From an uncultured Alphaproteobacteria bacterium (GTDB lineage Bacteria > Pseudomonadota > Alphaproteobacteria > Sphingomonadales > Sphingomonadaceae): a stretch of DNA of 64,000 bases. Positions 60,937 to 64,000 of this stretch are shown here, piece by piece. Numbering within the stretch: the first letter of the stretch is position 1; every line of letters starts with the position of its first letter. The stretch covers positions 992,872-1,056,871 of the forward strand of contig OY969784.1 in assembly GCA_963703055.1 (NCBI GenBank), written 5' to 3'. The notes under the pieces are model-generated. The model worked only from the letters and a program-made list of their open reading frames with translations, was not told where the DNA came from and did no database searches. A program made the translations under genes and the position numbers.

Positions 60937-63024
60937 GTGACTCAATTCCGCACGCTTTCGAAACTCGCGATCATCCTTGCAGCAACGGGCATTGGCACCG
61001 TCGCCTCTGCCGTTCCGGCTAACGGCCCCGAACGATATTTCACGGGATCGGACCTCTTCAGCCTCGAATGGGCAAGCGATCCTGAAATCAGTCCCGATGG
61101 CCGGACAATTGCCTATGTTCGCGAGTCGAACGACATCATGACCGACAGGTCGCGTCCGACCATCTGGCTGATCGACGTTGCAACCGGTGCGGAGCGGCCG
61201 CTTCTCGCGGGCTCCGGCGCGTATTTCTCGCCGCGCTGGTCGCCGGACGGCTCGAGGCTCGCCTATGTCGCAAGCGAAGCGGGAAGTCCTCAGCTTTTCG
61301 TCCGGTGGATGGCAAACGGCGAAAGCGCGAAGATTACCGATCTTCCAAACAGTCCGAGCGCTCTTTCCTGGTCGCCCGACGGGAGGCGGATCGCCTATTC
61401 GATGTTCGTCCCCGACGACGCACCCAAGCTCGGAGCCGGCCCCTCGCGGCCCGATGGCGCAAAATGGGCAGATCCACTCGAGATGATCGATCAGGTGACC
61501 TACCGCTTCGATGGGGCCGGATATCTCAAGCCCGGATACCGGCAGATTTTCGTTGTGCCAGCCGACGGGGGTACCCCGAGACAATTGACGTTCGGTGCAA
61601 CAAATGCGGGCGGAGAAGTCTCCTGGACTCCCGACGGTCAGTCGGTCCTGTTCAGTGCGAACCTCTCGCCCAATTGGCAGCGCGAACCGCTCCAAAGCGA
61701 CGTCTTTCGAATGAGCGTCGACGGTGGTGCTCCCGTGGCGCTTACGAAGCATACCGGTCCCAATGGTTCGCCAGTCGTTTCGCCCGATGGCCGATCGATT
61801 GCCTGGGTCGGCTTTAACGACCGCCAGCTTGGCTATCAGAACCGACGCTTGTCGGTGATGAACCTCGATGGGTCCAATCAACGGGTCATAACGAGCGCCC
61901 TCGACCGGTCCGTTTCCGACCCGATCTGGGCGTCCGACAGCCGGTCTCTCTATGTCAAAGTCGAAGATCGCGGAGTGAACAAGGTCGAGCGCGTCGACCT
62001 TGACGGATCGGTCCACGAGATCGCAAGCGGCATGGGAACCAGCGAAATCGACCGTCCTTATGCCGGCGGCCAATATTCTGCTTCTAAAACGGGCGTCATC
62101 GCATTCACGTCCGGAGATCCGTTACATCCCAATCAAGTTGCGGTTGCTTCAGCTGGTCATGTTCGCACGCTCACTGAGCTGAGCTCGAGCCTTCTTCAAT
62201 CGAAAGCCCTTGCGCAGGTCCAAAAGCTGCCGGTGCGCTCGGAATATGACCAGCGCCCGATCGATGCATGGATGGTTACCCCGCCGGATTTCGATCCGGC
62301 CAAAAAATATCCGATGATCCTCGAGATCCACGGCGGTCCATTCTCGGCTTACGGACCACAATTCTCGACCGACGATCAGCTCTATGCAGCTCATGGATAT
62401 GTCGTCGTCTATTCCAATCCTCGGGGCTCGACATCGTACGGCGAAGACTTCGCAAACCTCATCGACAAGGCCTACCCTGGACATGATTATGACGACCTCA
62501 TGAGCGTCGTCGATGCGGCAATCGCATCGGGCCACGTCGATCCCGACAATCTATTCGTGACCGGCGGATCGGGAGGCGGGGTTCTTACCTCGTGGATTGT
62601 CGGGAAGACGGATCGTTTCCGGGCAGCAGCGGCGCAGAAGCCGGTCATTGACTGGGCAAGCTGGGGACTGACCGCCGACATTGCAGGCTTCAGCTCGCCC
62701 TATTGGTTTGCAAAACGGCCGTGGGAGGATCCGATGGGTTACTGGCAGCGTTCGCCACTTAGCCTCGTCGGCAACGTCAAAACGCCGACCATCGTCGTGG
62801 TGGGGAGTGAGGATTATCGAACACCTGACAGCGAGGCAGAGCAATTTTACGAGGCGCTTCAACTTCGAAATGTTCCAACGATGCTCGTCAAGGTGCCGGG
62901 CGCCGGTCATGAATCGCTGGCCGACCGACCGAGCCAATCCGCTGCGAAAGCAAGCGCGATCCTTGCGTGGTTCGATCGTTATCGAACACACAAAAGTTCC
63001 GCTTCGATCGCAGAAGCGAAGTGA
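60937..63024 (+). CDS. S9-family serine peptidase (prolyl oligopeptidase / acylaminoacyl-peptidase-like), secreted
   Basis: Signal peptide, beta-propeller with repeated SPDG motifs, catalytic GGSGGG (GxSxGG) and C-terminal GSEDYR/GAGHE. Confidence 0.9.
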   Translation: MTQFRTLSKLAIILAATGIGTVASAVPANGPERYFTGSDLFSLEWASDPEISPDGRTIAYVRESNDIMTDRSRPTIWLIDVATGAERPLLAGSGAYFSPRWSPDGSRLAYVASEAGSPQLFVRWMANGESAKITDLPNSPSALSWSPDGRRIAYSMFVPDDAPKLGAGPSRPDGAKWADPLEMIDQVTYRFDGAGYLKPGYRQIFVVPADGGTPRQLTFGATNAGGEVSWTPDGQSVLFSANLSPNWQREPLQSDVFRMSVDGGAPVALTKHTGPNGSPVVSPDGRSIAWVGFNDRQLGYQNRRLSVMNLDGSNQRVITSALDRSVSDPIWASDSRSLYVKVEDRGVNKVERVDLDGSVHEIASGMGTSEIDRPYAGGQYSASKTGVIAFTSGDPLHPNQVAVASAGHVRTLTELSSSLLQSKALAQVQKLPVRSEYDQRPIDAWMVTPPDFDPAKKYPMILEIHGGPFSAYGPQFSTDDQLYAAHGYVVVYSNPRGSTSYGEDFANLIDKAYPGHDYDDLMSVVDAAIASGHVDPDNLFVTGGSGGGVLTSWIVGKTDRFRAAAAQKPVIDWASWGLTADIAGFSSPYWFAKRPWEDPMGYWQRSPLSLVGNVKTPTIVVVGSEDYRTPDSEAEQFYEALQLRNVPTMLVKVPGAGHESLADRPSQSAAKASAILAWFDRYRTHKSSASIAEAK

Positions 63025-63112
63025 CCCGGAGTTTTCGACCTTCACGAACGATTGAACATTCGGAGCTTTGTCGGACAAATTGCTGGGCGTTTTGAAATTG
63101 GGGAGCAGAAAA

Positions 63113-64000
63113 GTGAAACTCGAACCTAAATGTCTTCTTCTGGGCGCAGGCGCGCTTTTCGGGGTTTCCGTTTCGGCCCAGCCGGCCGGCGGATTCAGCA
63201 CCCAACGCCTGTCTCAGGTCGACAGGACCGTCTCATCCGACGCCTTTCAGGGCCGCGGAACCGCAAGTGCAATCGAACCCACGGTGATCAGCTATATCGC
63301 GGACCAGCTGAGAGCAGCCGGGGTCGAGCCTGGAGGAGATCTCGTCAATGGTCGCCGAAGCTGGTTCGAAAAAGTCCCGCTCCTTGAATCTCAGATCGCC
63401 GGCGTTCCGCAAGTCGAACTCAACGAAAACGGAACGATCGTTCCACTCCGCCAAGGGCCGGATATCGCAGTCCTTGCGCCTTTAAACGGTGCAAGCCGGA
63501 TTGATATCGAAAATGCGCCCCTCGTGTTCGTTGGCTACGGAGTGAATGCGCCCGAGCGCGGCTGGGACGACTTCAAGGGCAAGGACATGCATGGAAAGGT
63601 CCTCGTCGAACTGGTCAATGATCCCGATTTCGAAGCATTGCCTGGCGAACCCGTCTTTGGAAAGTTCGGAGGAAAGGCGATGACCTATTACGGTCGCTGG
63701 ACGTACAAATATGAGGAAGCTGCGCGGGTCGGTGCAGCGGGCGTCATTCTCATTCATGAAACCCTGCCGGCCTCCTACGGCTGGGACGTCGTTCAAAACT
63801 CCAATACGGTTTCCCAGTTCGACATTGTCCGGAAGGATCCGGCGGCCGTTCACACGCAATTCGAAAGTTGGATCCAGCGCCCGCTTGCAGTCGATCTGTT
63901 TCATCGCTCCGGTCTCGAGCTCGATCAGGCCAAAATCGCCGCCCGAAATCCGAATTTTCGACCGATCGCGCTCAAGGCGACGCTCACAGCGCATTATTCC
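63113..64000 (+). CDS. M28-family peptidase with PA domain (5' partial, runs off the window)
   Basis: An open frame runs from GTG 63113 (GGGGAG SD) to the window end. It is absent from the ORF track because it has no stop. Signal peptide, then ..VFVGYGVNAPERGWDDFKGKDMHGKVLV..AARVGAAGVILIHE. Confidence 0.75.
   Translation, partial: MKLEPKCLLLGAGALFGVSVSAQPAGGFSTQRLSQVDRTVSSDAFQGRGTASAIEPTVISYIADQLRAAGVEPGGDLVNGRRSWFEKVPLLESQIAGVPQVELNENGTIVPLRQGPDIAVLAPLNGASRIDIENAPLVFVGYGVNAPERGWDDFKGKDMHGKVLVELVNDPDFEALPGEPVFGKFGGKAMTYYGRWTYKYEEAARVGAAGVILIHETLPASYGWDVVQNSNTVSQFDIVRKDPAAVHTQFESWIQRPLAVDLFHRSGLELDQAKIAARNPNFRPIALKATLTAHYS

Noticed and set aside
60886-62073. 395-aa minus-strand ORF.
   Set aside because: It is antisense shadow of the S9 peptidase gene, with an Arg/Gly-rich, low-complexity translation.

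Overview
This 64-kb chromosomal window is roughly 58-60% GC by eye. Its gene content fits an alphaproteobacterium, probably sphingomonad-like. Supporting markers are CpdR, a DUF1013/TrcR-type regulator, the DUF1285-NUDIX-CCA block, an EcfG-type promoter before csbD, and an alphaproteobacterial ParC C-terminus.

I can support about 65 protein genes and one tRNA-Val(GAC). Most are core housekeeping genes:
- folB-like/SDR, cca, parC, purC, priA and ada
- a complete F1 operon, atpH-A-G-D-C
- rhlE, yghU, tgt, queA, coaD, ispA/xseB and clpA
- M16, S9 and M28 peptidases

I found no CRISPR array, IS element, integrase, rRNA or recognisable defence system.

The observations most worth a second look:
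1. A 61-aa YHS/TRASH-like Cys/His ORF sits between atpD and atpC and is translationally coupled. It lies next to an epsilon subunit that has only its N-terminal domain.
2. A ~7.4-kb accessory block follows atpC directly. It holds two GT-C-like polytopic membrane proteins (the first is disrupted), a small membrane protein with a winged-helix-like tail, an orphan CpaF-type ATPase and a membrane-anchored sugar-transfer-type ATP-grasp. CtrA-box-like and direct-repeat motifs precede it. This is the best candidate for an undescribed envelope system, but the evidence is only contextual.
3. At least six conserved genes (parC, atpH, the GT-C gene, the ATP-grasp, tgt, queA) each carry a net +1 single-base insertion in a short homopolymer. 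This looks like systematic assembly error rather than biology, and it affects how ORF boundaries should be read.
4. A sulfotransferase gene splits the queA-tgt pair.
5. A vapBC cassette abuts the 3' end of tRNA-Val.

All functional calls come from motif and family recognition by eye. No database search was run.
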